Origin: Haliotis rubra
Taxonomy: Eukaryota
Length of the DNA stretch: 64,000 nt
Direction: 5' to 3'
Assembly (NCBI RefSeq): GCF_003918875.1
Contig: NW_025765476.1
Location: 1-64,000, forward strand
Part shown: positions 37,108-50,334 of the stretch, piece by piece
Numbering within the stretch: position 1 is the stretch's first letter
Layout of the letters: every line of letters starts with the position of its first letter
Translations under genes and position numbers: made by a program
The notes under the pieces: generated by a model
Told to the model about the DNA's origin: nothing
Databases searched by the model: none
The model's input: the letters and a program-made list of their open reading frames with translations, nothing else

Positions 37108-37275
37108 AGATGAAACCAGAATGTTTTTAGGTGAATCGTGCCTAACAAACTCATTTCAGTATGCAACATTATTACGTGGAAAATATTACTAACCACACAA
37201 ATGAAACCAGAATGTTTAGGTGAATCGTGCCTAACAAACTCCTTACATTTTGCAACGTTATAACGTGGAAAATAT
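37108..37275. repeat. ~90-bp imperfect tandem duplication in the gene D intron
   Basis: atgaaaccagaatgttt..aggtgaatcgtgcctaacaaactc occurs twice. Confidence 0.8.
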
Positions 37276-37525
37276 ACTATTACACAGATGACACTGAAAA
37301 AATACATTATAATCCTTTCCTTACGAACAACTTACATTGAGGTATTAACTGAATAATATACGTATATATGACACAGATGGGAGCAGAAAAAATCTCCCAA
37401 GTGGTCTAAATCCTAAATCTACTATGTATCCTTACAATCTATCTAGGTATTAACTTTATAGCAACAGTATAAGAGTAGATACAAGATCATTAGCAGTAGA
37501 ATAACTTGCAACCAGGAGCTCTTAC

Positions 37526-37531
37526 CTTCAT
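37526..37531 (-). CDS. Gene D exon 1 coding part (ATG AAG) followed by GTAAGA donor
   Basis: cagcATGAAG|gtaagag; ATATAAG about 45 bp upstream. Confidence 0.85.
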
Positions 37532-37573
37532 GCTGATGGAGAGAGTGTTGTGCCTGGGCTCTGTGTTGCCTGA

Positions 37574-37740
37574 CTTATATCCCTCCGTAGTCAACGTCGT
37601 AAAGTTTAACTGTAGCTTAATGAGGGGTCATATCATCACCGGTGTCGTTAAAGAGACAATGGCGGTCCCGTCATGAAATCAACTTCAATGAAAGGGGTTT
37701 GAGTCAGACAATAGTGTTACCTCACTCACGGCGGGGGAGG
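37574..37740 (-). promoter_or_regulatory. Gene D promoter: TATA, TTAAACTTTACGACG, CCATTGT, GTGAGGTAAC
   Basis: 37574-80, 37595-609, 37656-63, 37716-25; ~165-bp block conserved with the gene E promoter. Confidence 0.75.
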
Positions 37741-39177
37741 GGCATTAGCGAGGACAGATCTGATGAAAACTTTATTTCATCAGGTCGAGAAAGTCTGCAT
37801 GTGATTATGAAGTAAATAGACGTGAATATATTACAGGATTGTTGGATTCAACTGGAAAATCGCTGTGTTTAGAAATGCTTCGTGAGATGCTAATCTTATT
37901 AATATTAAAACTTAAATCTTTGAAGCAAAGTTTGAAAAGTGCAGAAATTATATGAACATTTTTTACCAACAGTAAAATAATTGATTATTAATGTAAATGT
38001 TCACCGCAAAATAATTTATAAATAAGCACATAGTCTTTTTTCTGGTCAAGTTCTCTTATCTAAATCGCTCAACAATAATTATTACAATTAGTAATGAGAG
38101 AGAAACCATTGAATCAATTAGCCGTGATACGTTCAAGTGTGATATTTTTGTTATATCTTGCTGACTCTTTATTCCAGTGATTGAAATTCAACTTGAATAT
38201 CATTTTACATAAGCCAGGCGGTTTAGAATAATTAAGTCACCCATACATTTATATTAATTGCTTCACTGAGAATACCAAGTCTCTGTGAACCTAATCGGGA
38301 TGAAGATATGTAAATAGAAGGCCTGAGAGTTGGGTTGTTTTTCAGTAATTAAATCTGACGAGAATACTTATCATACAATTTGTGGCTGACAGCATAGCAT
38401 TTCACTATCAAGTATCTAATCTAAATACAGAAAAGTGGACTTTCAAGTAAATATGAACTTTTTTTCATGAAATAATGTGCGCATATGTTTAACTGTATGC
38501 CCCACTCACATATTCTGTATACGTGTAAACCAGGTGACCCGTTGTTCGAGGCACCGTAATTATAAATGCACAATTTCGCCCTTTGATCGTGAGTTCAAAT
38601 TCCGGCTTGTCCAGATTGCATGTATATTTCTAGGTTTGTCAATACATTATTTGTGCTCGGGGTTCAGTAAAGTGTCTTTAATCAACATTCTATAATCACG
38701 AGAAATCTTTAAATGTTTTCATTATTCCGACTACATATCACAAGCATGGTACACATAATCAAAGCTTAGAACCCCCTCCTATACAGATTTACATAAATAC
38801 CTATATACAATAAATACACCAAATGACAGAATGGGATGAAGCAAAATACAGAAATCGTTTGGTTTTCTTCATATATGCATATTTCGTTCATATGCTTAAG
38901 TATAACGGCATTGCCAACTCGCATCAGGTCAATATTAACACCACAAGTACATGTATTTTTCAGAGGGGCAATTCGTTTCTAGATGATTTAATAGATAGAC
39001 ATGCAATGAACGAATTATATGGATTCACATGGGCACCTTTGTTGGAACCCTTTCCAAATAAATTATGTTGAACAACCCTCCATAGATGCAGCTAACTGAC
39101 CGTCCGTCACACGATCAAACAGGTTGTGTGTCTTTAGCTTGAGATAAAATTTTGTGATGATGATACGTATCAAGTGG

Positions 39178-39413
39178 ACCCGTGAAGATCCGGGTTAGAA
39201 TTGGTCTTCAGCTTGTCGTGAGAGGCGACTAACGGGATCGGGTGGTCAGGCTCGCTCACGTGGTTGACGCATGTCATCGTATCCCAATGGCGTACATCGA
39301 TGCTCATGCTGTTGATCACTGGATTGTCTGGTCCAGACTCGATTATTTACAGACCGCCGCCATTTAGCTGCAATATTGCTGAGTGTGGCGTTAAACAACA
39401 AACAAACCAACCA
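39178..39413 (+). mobile_element. SINE family 2
   Basis: acccgtgaagatccgggttagaattggtc...gtggcgttaaacaacaaacaaacc. Confidence 0.85.
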
Positions 39414-39859
39414 ACGTATCAACTGAGCCTTCAGTAATAAGGCATTTGTAACATTTACAGAAAATTAAACAAACATCCCATTTCACGAGTGCATCCATCT
39501 CAATACTGTGTATTTAGTTTAGCGTATTGAATAACTCAGAGTCCAGCCAAGCTCGTATGTCTATGCGTTTTCCCATATTTAACCTCTAACATATGCATAA
39601 ATGTATCGCAAGTGACCATTCTGTAATAAGGTTCATGTATTTGTAATATTTAAAGAAATTCCCATTTCACATTGAATTATTATCACGAATGAATCCATCC
39701 AAATGACAACTTTTAATTTTTAAAATGTTTCAATCATTTCAAGTTCAAGTTGAGCCATTTAGGCCACAGCAGGCATATCGGCCAATCATTGTTCCTCAAC
39801 TATTGTGTGTGGTAACACTTGTCTGCAATGAAAACTGTCTGCAATGTAAATCTACACAG

Positions 39860-40190
39860 AAGAGCACATGTGGAAGAGCTCTATTAGAAATGTCATTATA
39901 TAGCCCAAACATATTCAATGATGTTAAAGTTAATATTTATATAGGGCCTGTTCCAACAAACTGCACTGAGGCACTCGGACAAAGGCACTGTAAAAAAAGC
40001 TGTGTTTTTCGCATTCGCTTGAACTGGTTTGCACATGTCCTGGATGTTGTTTGGCAGATTACTGGGTCCTGCTTTGGAGAAGGATCTATCATCGAAAGTC
40101 TTTATTTTGGTAGGTGGTATCGCAAACATTCGTGATGCTCTTTTTCTCAGAGTCCGCAAGGTAATGTAATGTCTGACAATTTAAAAAAGA
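39860..40190 (-). mobile_element. LINE (L2/CR1-group) ORF2 C-terminal remnant
   Basis: The translation RTLR...IPPTKIKTFDDRSFSKAGPSNLPNNI resembles the conserved 'RTLRS..VP.T..KT.GDRAFS.AGP.LWN.LP' tail of L2/CR1-type RT ORFs. Confidence 0.6.
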
Positions 40191-40417
40191 AATTTGAAAG
40201 CTGTAGTACTCGCTATATCCGTTACCCAGTGAACTCACATACTTATTAGCGTACACTTGTCAAAGGTGGGTCATACTTTTCCGTCTCCGTTTTAACTAAA
40301 TTTACATTACAAATATGTTTAGAAACACAAAACAATTCTAAACCCGCAATATGGACGCGTTGAGGTCTGAACGTGTTTAGGCTCTAGGGAAAGAACTGCG
40401 GATCTGTAATATGGAAT

Positions 40418-40582
40418 GAGTGAGTGAGTGTGGTTTTACGCCGCTTTTAGCAATATACCAGCAATATCACGGCGGGGACAGCAGAAATGGGCTTCACGCA
40501 TTGTACTCTTGTGGGGACAAGAAGAACCCGGGTCTTCGTCGTGACAAGCGAACGCTTAAACCACTAGGCTACCTCATCGCCC
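40418..40582 (-). mobile_element. SINE family 1
   Basis: gagtgagtgag...ttttagcaatataccagcaatatcacggcgggg...aaccactaggctacc. Confidence 0.85.
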
Positions 40583-41519
40583 CAAATAATATGGAAAGTG
40601 TGAGGGGGGACAACCTAAAAACATTAAGGGTCTATTGTGGTTATCAAACATAGAATTAATGCCAGCTTAACTTTTTCTCGGTGAACGCAATGACATTAGT
40701 GACACAGAACCCCCAACATTATATTAACACTTCACTTTTAAAAACTCGACGGGATCAGAAACTGCAACGTTTTGTTATGTGTTCCTTCATGACACCATTC
40801 GTGCTGCGGAGTCTTGCGGAGACCTGCGGAGACCTGCGGAGACCAGCAGAGACTGTTGTTGCCGCAGGTCATAATTTTCTTATCACCTTTAATTCAGCTT
40901 TGTTTATTAGTATATTTAAATGTTGTTATTAGTGCATGTGAACCTGAGCTACACATGTCATTTCAATGGACATTATACGTCTAACCCAAACATGCCATTA
41001 TGGCATTGCTTTAATAATCACTTTATTTCAACATAATCCCAGACATGTTATATCACCGGGATGTTGTGTTTTGGTGGTGTTAAGGCCGTGAGTCGAAAGC
41101 GCATATGATTATTTCGTAATGTAATCACCTATAACTAACTACTTAATCTGAATAAGAAAAAACAGATAATCTTTCCTTGATGTAGATCATGTAGATCATA
41201 ATCTTGATGACTTGTAACATTTAGATGATTAAGAAAACATTCAAGGATAAGGCGAATGTCCGAATAGCTCAGGTAACATATTTCACGTGTGATGGCAAGC
41301 ATAATTATGGATCCTGTCATTTTGTTGTTGAAATGTTATATGGAGCCGTTGACAGAGCATTTCACCGATTACACACCGGGCGTTCAAAGTGTTAGTCACT
41401 CATGAAAATACAATAGGATGAATCCGAAATTTTGATGAGGCCCTGGTCGAGAGCATTCATACTGTGTCCGTTTTGGAGACGCCCACGAAGAGGATCATGA
41501 CCGTTCCCCTTCCGTAAAC

Positions 41520-42950
41520 CTATGTTAAAGTAGTGGAGCTATGATCGTGCTATTGTCGATTTGTTGAAAGGTGCTTCATTCAGGGTGTTCACCTGGACAG
41601 ATCACTGCGAGGTGTATCCCAGCTTATACAGTGTCATACAGAGACAGCCATGTTAAAGTATTGGAGCTATGATCGTGCTATTGTCGATTTGTTGAAAGGT
41701 GCTTCATTCAGGGTGTTCACCAAGACAGATCACTGCGAGGTGTATCCCAGCTTATACAGTGTCATACAGAAACAGCCATGTTAAAGTATTGGAGCTATGA
41801 TCGTGCTATTGTCGATTTGTTGAAAGGTGCTTCATTCAGGGTGTTCACCAAGACAGATCACTGCGAGGTGTATCCCAGCTTATACAGTGTCATACAGAAA
41901 CAGCCATGTTAAAGTATTGGAGCTATGATCGTCCTATTGTCGATTTGTTGAAAGGTGCTTCATTCAGGGTGTTCACCAAGACAGATTACTGCGAGGTGTA
42001 TCCCAGCTTATACAGTGTCATACAGAAACAGCCATGTTGTTAAAGCTATGATCGGCTATTGTCGATTTGTTGAAATGATCGTGTTCACCTATTACTCGAG
42101 GTGTTTGTTGAAGAAAGGATCGTGCTTCATTCAGGTTCATTCACCTGGACAGATCACTGCGAGGTGTATCCCAGCTTATACAGTGTCATACAGAAACAGC
42201 CATTGTGTTAAAGTATTGGAGCTATGATCGTATTGGAGCTGCTATTGTCGATTTGTTGAAAGGTGCACCTCATTCTGCGAGGTGTATCACCTGGACAGAT
42301 CACTGCGAGCTATGATCGTGTATCCCATTTGTTGAAAGGTGCTTCATTCAGGGTGTTATATACTGCGATGTGTCATACAGTGTCACAGCCATGTTAAAGT
42401 ATTGGAGTTATGATCGTCCTATTGTCGATTTGTTGAAAGGTGCTTCATTCAGGGTGTTCACCTGGACAGACTGCAGATCAGTGCATACAGAAACAGCCAT
42501 GTTAAAGTATTGGAGTTATGATCGTCCTATTGTCGATTTGTTGAAATCATTCAGGGTGTTCAAGACAGATCACTGCGAACAGCCAGTGTTAAAGTATTGG
42601 AGCTATGATCGTCCTATTGTCGATTTGTTGAAAGGTGCTTCATTCAGGGTGTTCACCTGGACAGATCACTGCGAGGTGTATCCCAGCTTATACAGTGTCA
42701 TACAGAAACAGCCATGTTAAAGTATTGGAGCTATGATCGTCCTATTGTCGATTTGTTGAAAGGTGCTTCATTCAGGGTGTTCACCTGGACAGATCACTGC
42801 GAGGTGTATCCCAGCTTATACAGTGTCATACAGAAACAGCCATGTTAAAGTATTGGAGTTATGATCGTCCTATTGTCGATTTGTTGAAAGGTGCTTCATT
42901 CAGGGTGTTCACCTGGACAGATTACTGCGAGTTGCACCCAGGCTTATACA
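41520..42950. repeat. 128-bp satellite, about 11 units (middle units scrambled)
   Basis: atgttaaagtattggagctatgatcgt... at 41522, 41650, 41778, 41906. Confidence 0.92.
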
Positions 42951-43877
42951 GCGTGTGGAATGTGTACACTAGCCGCGTGACAGATGCCAGTTCATAATTT
43001 GATTCAGACATAGAGCAATATACGCAACCCATCAAAAGTTTAAACTCACTTAAAGCACTCACTACATGTTACGTATATATATATGATTTCATCGAAGATG
43101 AATTTCTCCACTAACTTGGGGGAACCTACTGCAATCCTCATGCAGATGAATTGCACAAGGATCATGCATCAAATTGCTGAAAAGCATGTGCAAATATCGT
43201 GCATGTAAACAGCTGAGTTTCGGTGTAAAGTTTTGCTAAGAATTCGCCAATTTTCACTGAGTTTCATCATTTATTGAACTCATGACAATAATCTTTTCAA
43301 GGTTACGAATTTGTTTTACAATACATCAGTGAGTTCAAAGTTGTGATGGGTAATATATTTGCTGAAGGCGGTGTAAGGCTACATTCAGTGAAAGTATTGT
43401 GTTCCACTCGGTCTTGTTTTGTATAATGGACACTAAACAAATTTATCCGACAACATTTATTCTTACGATTGGGTGAAAGTAAGACATAAATCACATGACA
43501 ATTGACACAAAAGGTACTACATGCAAAGGAACCAGTTAGAAATACTGTGTGTACAGGGAAATTCTTGATTTCTTCTGAAATGTTCCTTTCAATACCACCT
43601 TTCTTAACATAAATATTTCACTATAGGTATTTATCTGAACAGCAATTACATGTACAATCAAAAAGTTATCTAGGTTCCGAACTGCACTTATTTGTTCCAG
43701 ATTATACCTTACAATTTAGTAAAACAAACAATACACACACACACACACACACAACACAAAACACACACACACAACAAACGAGAGGTAAAAAAACATTCAC
43801 ACTTCCTCATTCATATCAAAGGCACAGGGTTTGTGCAGTAAGGATGGTGTTGAAAACGGTCGACCACATATCACCGT

Positions 43878-46001
43878 TTACCCGTAGTAAGGGTACTGGT
43901 TATAACCTCCATAGCCTCTACCAAGGCCGGCAACTCCGTTCCCGAATCCACTGACGCCGTTACCAAGGCCGGCAACTCCGTTCCCGAATCCACTGACGCC
44001 GTTACCAAGGCCGACAACTCCACGGCCAGCTCCTCCAAGTCCGTGTCCGACACCGTACCCGTAGCTGGGGGCGTTGTGGGCGGCACCGGCGTGGTTGACA
44101 GCAGCACCGTGAGCGACGTTGAAAGCGTGACCGTTGTTACCGTACTGGTTGTGGGCGTTGTCGTTGAGGCTCTTGGCCTTGGCAGCAGCGGCGTTGTTGT
44201 GGTTGTAATGAAGAGACTTGGCGGCAGCGTTGGCAGCACCAGCAGAGGCAGCGGCGTTTTTGTTGTAGTAGTTGGATTTCTTTGCGGCGTTTCCGTTGGC
44301 AGCATCAGCAGCATCGTAGTAGTTGGAGGCTTTGTTGGCGTGGTTGGCCGCATATTTGTCGTTGTTATGGGCGGCGGCATTGGCAGCGTTCTGGTACAGG
44401 TTCTGAGAGTATTTCTTTGCGTTGGCATGAGCGGCATTGGCGTTCTGTCCAAAGTTGTCCCTGTAGTCTTTCTTGTCGTAGTTGAGACGCTCGTAGTTGT
44501 TGCCGCCGGCCTTAGAATGATGGTGGAACTTCTTGACCAGATGGTGTTTCTTGGCACCCTCGTTGTACTTTCGTCTGTAGTCGTCCTTGGCGTAGGCAGA
44601 TTTGGCATTGTCGTGAGCGGCGGCTTTGTTGTCATAGAGACTGGCAGCGTCGGCACCGGCGTGACTAAATCCATGGTTGTTGGCAGCGGCACCGTCCTTA
44701 TTGTATCTGTAGGCGTTGTTGTTGGCAGCTGCAGCTCCAGACTTGTAGTAGTCGTTGGCGTGAGCGTTGTTGTAGCCGTCTCTGTGATAGGCGGCACCAG
44801 CCTTGTCTCGGCTAGAGTCAGCCAGTTTAGATCCGTATCCTCCAGATTTGGCAAGGGCGGCATTGGCAGCACCATCATAGTGGTCAGCGTGTTGACCTTG
44901 GGCGCCGGCATCGTAGTACTTGTTGTTGTGTGCATCATGTCCGAGGTAGCCATTGTTGTATCCGTGGCCGTACTGGTTACCGTAGCCCTTGCCGTATCCT
45001 ACTCCTTTGCCGAGAAGACCTCCAGATACACCTAGAACACCAGCACTACCAGCGACGGCATGGGCACCATGGGCGAGACCTCCATATCCGGCGATGTTGT
45101 TGGCAGCCTGTGCAGCAGCATTAGCGGCGTTCCTTCTGTTGTAGTAGGCGTTCTTGCCAGCGAACTCGTCATGTTTGTTGACGGCAGCATCGTGGGCGTT
45201 GGCGTAGTATTTGTTGCTTCCGGCAGCTTCGTTGAGTTTGCCGTCGTAGCCGTGGTTGGCAGCACCGTTCTTGGCAGCCTGACTAGCTGCAGAGCCGTAT
45301 TTACCGTCACCGTATTGAGCCTTGCTGGCGTCCTTACCGTACTTGCTGTCTTTCAGAGCATGAGAGCGACCAGCAGCATATTTGTTGGCGGCGTGGTCTC
45401 TGTTGGCAGCGCTGTAAGCCTTGTTCTTATCACGGTATTCGTCGAGGTTATGGGAAGAGCTGTCATCAAGAATTTCGTAGTCACCGCCATCATCGGCGTT
45501 CTTGTTATACTTCTTGTCGAAGCCGTAGTGGACTCCGGTGTTGTAGACGTTCCCCTTTCTGTAGTAGTTGTTGTTGGCGTAGTCGTTGTTGGCAGCAGCT
45601 TTGGAGGCATCGTCCTTCCTTGCGTACTTTGTGGCAGCAGCATCGTGGTAGTTGGCTTTGTTGGCCAGAGCGGCAGCACCGGAGGCTTTGTCAGCGTGAG
45701 CGGCGTTCTTGTGGCCGTAGTAGTTGGAGGCGGCGTCTCCCTTTGCGCTGGCATGGTCAGCAGCCTTGTGGTAGTCGTTACCGTGGGCGGCGTAGTTGTC
45801 GGCGGCTTTGTTGGCGGCATTGGCCGCTTTGTTGTAGCTTCCGTAACGACGAAGACCCTCGGCGTCTCCATATTGTCCCTTGCCGTAGTCGTTGAGACCC
45901 GAGGCGACGTGGCCAATCTGCCTGGCAGCGCCAAAGTTGTTGTTGTAGGACATGCTGGATACGACAACGCCGCACAGAGCGACGACGGCGACGAGGAGAC
46001 A
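43878..46001 (-). CDS. Gene E exon 2: secreted Ala/Asn/Gly/Tyr/His/Lys-rich structural protein (709 aa total)
   Basis: Acceptor ttttcAG at 46003-46002; signal peptide CLLVAVVALCGVVVSS; intact ORF; polyA signal at 43456-43461. Confidence 0.95.
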   Translation of the reverse strand, partial: CLLVAVVALCGVVVSSMSYNNNFGAARQIGHVASGLNDYGKGQYGDAEGLRRYGSYNKAANAANKAADNYAAHGNDYHKAADHASAKGDAASNYYGHKNAAHADKASGAAALANKANYHDAAATKYARKDDASKAAANNDYANNNYYRKGNVYNTGVHYGFDKKYNKNADDGGDYEILDDSSSHNLDEYRDKNKAYSAANRDHAANKYAAGRSHALKDSKYGKDASKAQYGDGKYGSAASQAAKNGAANHGYDGKLNEAAGSNKYYANAHDAAVNKHDEFAGKNAYYNRRNAANAAAQAANNIAGYGGLAHGAHAVAGSAGVLGVSGGLLGKGVGYGKGYGNQYGHGYNNGYLGHDAHNNKYYDAGAQGQHADHYDGAANAALAKSGGYGSKLADSSRDKAGAAYHRDGYNNAHANDYYKSGAAAANNNAYRYNKDGAAANNHGFSHAGADAASLYDNKAAAHDNAKSAYAKDDYRRKYNEGAKKHHLVKKFHHHSKAGGNNYERLNYDKKDYRDNFGQNANAAHANAKKYSQNLYQNAANAAAHNNDKYAANHANKASNYYDAADAANGNAAKKSNYYNKNAAASAGAANAAAKSLHYNHNNAAAAKAKSLNDNAHNQYGNNGHAFNVAHGAAVNHAGAAHNAPSYGYGVGHGLGGAGRGVVGLGNGVSGFGNGVAGLGNGVSGFGNGVAGLGRGYGGYNQYPYYG

Positions 46002-47351
46002 CTGAAAATACATAATTATGAATAAACTGAAGTTTAAAGCCTGTTGGTAAGATGGTACACTTGATGATGGTTTGAAAAAAACTGTTTGGAATCATCATTG
46101 CAGCTTTTCACGTTTTACTCTTACAAATTGCTTTTGCAATTCTTCATTGAATTCTAAGGCACATATCCATATTGCTCCATTGAATTTTCTAGTTATTAAT
46201 ACACACTGTATGTAAGACTGATTTTGTTATTATCAAGTAAGAATCTTGTGTTGAAGTGATCATTGTTTCTGGATGCCACCATCATTCAAGCCACATCACA
46301 GTAGGGAATACTCATTGAGTTTCACTCATCGTACAGATTCGAACCCATGCGTCTACTGAACGTGCCAACGCTTTAACCATTAACCTATCCCATTATACTT
46401 TAATGTGTGATGTTGATGTACAGTATAGACATGTGTATCACTTATAACTGCACTTTAACTTTTAATTTAATTATGAAAATGCCGAAACGCTTTAGACATG
46501 AATACTGGAAAGTGTTTTTCATAGCACGATCTTACATTTACTTTACTTCAAGGATGTGGATATGTTTACAGATAAAATCGATTTGAGAAAGAGTGTGGTA
46601 AGATCATCATTATCTTTAAGCAATCAAGCGTAGACTGAAGAAACCTTTCACAGAGAAATCGCATCCTGTACGCTTATTATACACCAGGAGGCCACCGGCC
46701 GTTCTCTAGTTCCAAACATTATTGCACTATCATGGGATATCGCCAAATCTCATAGATAAATGAACAGAATGACACTGGTACCTACATAACCATAAGGGCA
46801 AAAAGACCTCATATGTCGCCAGTTTCATAATTGCAATTCCTAAGACTTGATCCAGTTATGTGAATGCAAAGCGAAGAGTTTATTTCTTGTCATAAAACAG
46901 TTACAAAACATGCACAATAATTTTGTGAACAAAATGTATTTTGTAAGTTTCATAAAGAAACATACAGAAAGTACTGTTTATGTTCCAGGTTATAAAATCT
47001 ACTGAAAGGAAGTAACTTTTATAGAAAACCCGGTTCTACTGTACATTTCATACATCGTTAAAATATTTAGTTCTGTATTTAGTCTCCCCTTTTCTTTATT
47101 AGATAAAATAGATTATTGGTCGAATATGTTGTGGGTCGAGTAAACATCATATATATGGGATTAAAATGCACCGTTACAATAAGGAATCAAGTGAGAGTAT
47201 AATCTGATGTAATGTTTTAATCTATATTTAAGCCATGTTTTCATTCACTATAGTCACCAGAAACTGCACACGGGTGTAGTGTCAGTTTGAATTTCTCCGT
47301 TAAGACTACAGTGCCAAATGATATGCAGTCATATTTGTGTTTAGAAGGTCT

Positions 47352-47515
47352 CGGGGCGGTGGTTAAAGCGTTCGCCCGTCACGCCGAAGACCCAGGTTCG
47401 ATTCCCCACGTGGGTACAATGTGTGAAGCCCATTTCTGCTGTACCCCGCCATGATATTGCTTGAATAGTGCTAAAAGCGGCGTAAAACCCACATCACTCA
47501 CCCACTCACTCACTC
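47352..47515 (+). mobile_element. SINE family 1 in the gene E intron
   Basis: ggggcggtggttaaagcgttcgccc...ggttcgattcccc...(CACT)n. Confidence 0.85.
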
Positions 47516-47843
47516 ATAAGGTCTCATCGGAAACCATTAATTTGAACTGAAAGGTACATCGTTTAGGCATGTTTGTACGGTTTTTAGGCAATAGTTTTTC
47601 TAGCAATTAAGCATCGATTTAAGGTTGGGGTTTAATTAAAGGTACAGTAAAGAACTCGTATAGCGAAGACGCCTTTATCGAATTGAACAACATGATACAA
47701 TTTCATGCAACTAAAAGAAACGAAGTATGATTCGAAATTTAAGAAACCTTCTACAATAACGTATTTCGCCAGAATAACCAGTGTATACAGTAGGAACAGA
47801 AGGAGAAGTTTCATCATAATGATGAAAGGATGATTACTCTTAC

Positions 47844-47849
47844 CTTCAT
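47844..47849 (-). CDS. Gene E exon 1 coding part (ATG AAG) with Kozak-like GCCACCATG, followed by GTAAGA donor
   Basis: agccaccATGAAG|gtaagag; TATATAAG at 47889-47896. Confidence 0.88.
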
Positions 47850-47888
47850 GGTGGCTGAGATGATGTGTCAAGTCTCTCTCTTGCCAGG

Positions 47889-48055
47889 CTTATATACCTG
47901 GCCATTCAACGTCGTAAAGTTTAACTGTAGCTTAATGAGGGGTCACGTCGCCACCGGTGTCGTTGAAGAGACAATGGCTGCCCCATCATGAAATCAGCTT
48001 CCATGAAAGGGTTTGCGTCAGATAAAAGTGTTACCTCACTCACGGCAGGGGAGGT
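47889..48055 (-). promoter_or_regulatory. Gene E promoter: TATATAAG, TTAAACTTTACGACG, CCATTGT, GTGAGGTAAC
   Basis: 47889-96, 47910-24, 47971-78, 48030-39. Confidence 0.75.
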
Positions 48056-48865
48056 GCGGGTCTGTATATTTTCATACTGACTCTTAACGAGTAAATATTT
48101 AATATGATTAAAGGATCAAAGCATTACTGAACAGCGTGATACTGAAAACAATAAACCAAACTCTTTCCACGCCTGCAATGTCACACTAAAGAAAAGTTAA
48201 ACGTACGTATATACAGTTTGCGTATAGCCCTAAACGAATTCCCTCGAGGAGTGTAAAATGAATAATTATGAACTCGGACAATGTCGTCCTTTTGAAAATA
48301 TGCTATCGTGCATGTATGTTTAAGATAAGCCTGTTCCTAAAAAATATATTTTTATTTTATTTTGCACCAGAAGAGCATTGTGCATACACTGAATAGGACC
48401 TTGCATGATGAAATGTGAACTTGCGTTGCTAGGCATCACTCAACGCTTTACCATAACATTAATATCTTTAACTGAAATGGTCGTTGATCATAAACTATTA
48501 TTCGTGGGTGACCAGTTTCTGTTTCCTTTTTATGTCTCTGTACATAACGAGATAACTCTTGAGAAACATAGAATAGTTCAGGGAAAAGGAAACACATCTA
48601 AACACAAACGTGAGAATCAGCAGAAGTATGATTACAATCGCGATAAAATCCTTGTATAACTGATCACTCTGAAGTATTTATATGAGATGCTTGATGCTGG
48701 GGAACATTTTCGATGTATTTTCCATGTACGTCGTACATGCATGCCAACCGCGTAATCATTGTATTATAAGGAATTGTTTAATGTATCCCCAAACTGGTAA
48801 AGTGTCATCTAACACACGATGCGTAACTCTGACGAGATTAATGGCTTAGTCTTTGAATAATTATA

Positions 48866-50334
48866 TACTGAACATCATTGAAAACGACCAGTCTAAAATT
48901 GTCCATATTTTCATCAAGATGGATTTCAGCATGACAATGATCAATGAATATAACAAACATAAATGTCGAAGGGTATGTCCAGTTGAAAAAATGCTTTAGA
49001 AACACATTCCTGTCCACAGTATGACTCTTAATTCCAAAATGCATCAACATGCAGCCACGCCATGAAAAAAGCGCTAATTTCATTCTGAAATCATGCTGAC
49101 TGTGACATTAAAAGCAGGTGTATGAGAACCGATTCTCATTGCTTTACTAACGATTGTGAAACGAGGACAGAGATGCCGAGGTTAACACCTCACGAAAGAG
49201 AACGTGCACTAGGCATGATTCATACTCGACAACTTGGACTTGGCCATTCCACCATCGTTAGGCTTCATAGACGACATCAGTAGACAGGCAGCACCAGTGA
49301 CCTTCAATGCCCTTGGCAACAACGTGTTACGACGCTCCATCAGAATCGCCATATTGACCTTGTCCATATCAGTGATTGAACACTGCCGACTGCCAGGACT
49401 GCTGCACTAGTTCAAGGTTGACGTGGGGGTCATCAGCGCTGACTCAATGCGACGCCGTCTACACGCAACAGGGCTCGACGTCCTTACGTTGGACCAATTC
49501 TGACTGACAGACATCGTAATGAGCGTATACAATGGGCTAGCAGGCATTTTCAGTAAAGGTTACAACAATGGCATGGTGTGGTAGTCACTGACGAGTCACG
49601 TCTTCATCTACGTAATGCTGACGGCCGATTACGTGTTTGGCGTAGACGTTGTGAACGTTATGCTGATGAGCGTGTGGTTCACACAGACCTTTGGGTGGTG
49701 GGAGTGTCATGGTCTGGGGTGGAATAAATTACAATCACAGGACTTCCTTCATGTCTGTCAAGGGAGAGTTAATGCCCTTTATTATCGTGAGCAGTTCTTC
49801 AGAATCACATCGTATCTGTCTTCAATCACCATCAAGATGTCCATACTTTTCAACAGGACAACGCACGGGCACACACAACAAGACTTTCCATGCAGTATCT
49901 GGCCCAGCAACACATCCATATTATTCATTGGCTAGCACAGTCGCCAGATCTATCCCCCATGGAGCACTTGTGGGGCGAAACTGGTCAAAGTCTTTCGCGG
50001 CGAAACATTCGGGAACTTGAGGCTGCACTACTGCAGAAGTGGAATGCCATCCTCAAGAACTCTATTCGGACTCTTATTGGCACAATGAGGAGACGTTGAA
50101 CTGCATGTGTCAATGCAAATGGCGGTCACACGCGATATTGACTTTTCGATTTGACCCCAAGTGTGTTTGATCCTTTCTGACTGTGGAACATTTCAATGAA
50201 TGAACGTCTTTTCTGTGTTGTTGGTTTTGTCAGTCGTCCATCTGTTATTATCCACTCAAAAAATATCAATTCCTTACACGTGCTTTTAATAATCTGAACT
50301 TTTGTAAGTGGTGCGTTTTCAATGATGTTCAGTA
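48866..50334 (+). mobile_element. Decayed Tc1/mariner DNA transposon; transposase pseudogene at ~49173-50141
   Basis: TIRs tactgaacatcattgaaaacg / cgttttcaatgatgttcagta with TA flanks. Motifs MPRLTPHERERALGM, TDESR, GGGSVMVWGGI, FQQDNAR, WLAQSPDLSPMEHLW lie in shifted frames with stops. Confidence 0.92.
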
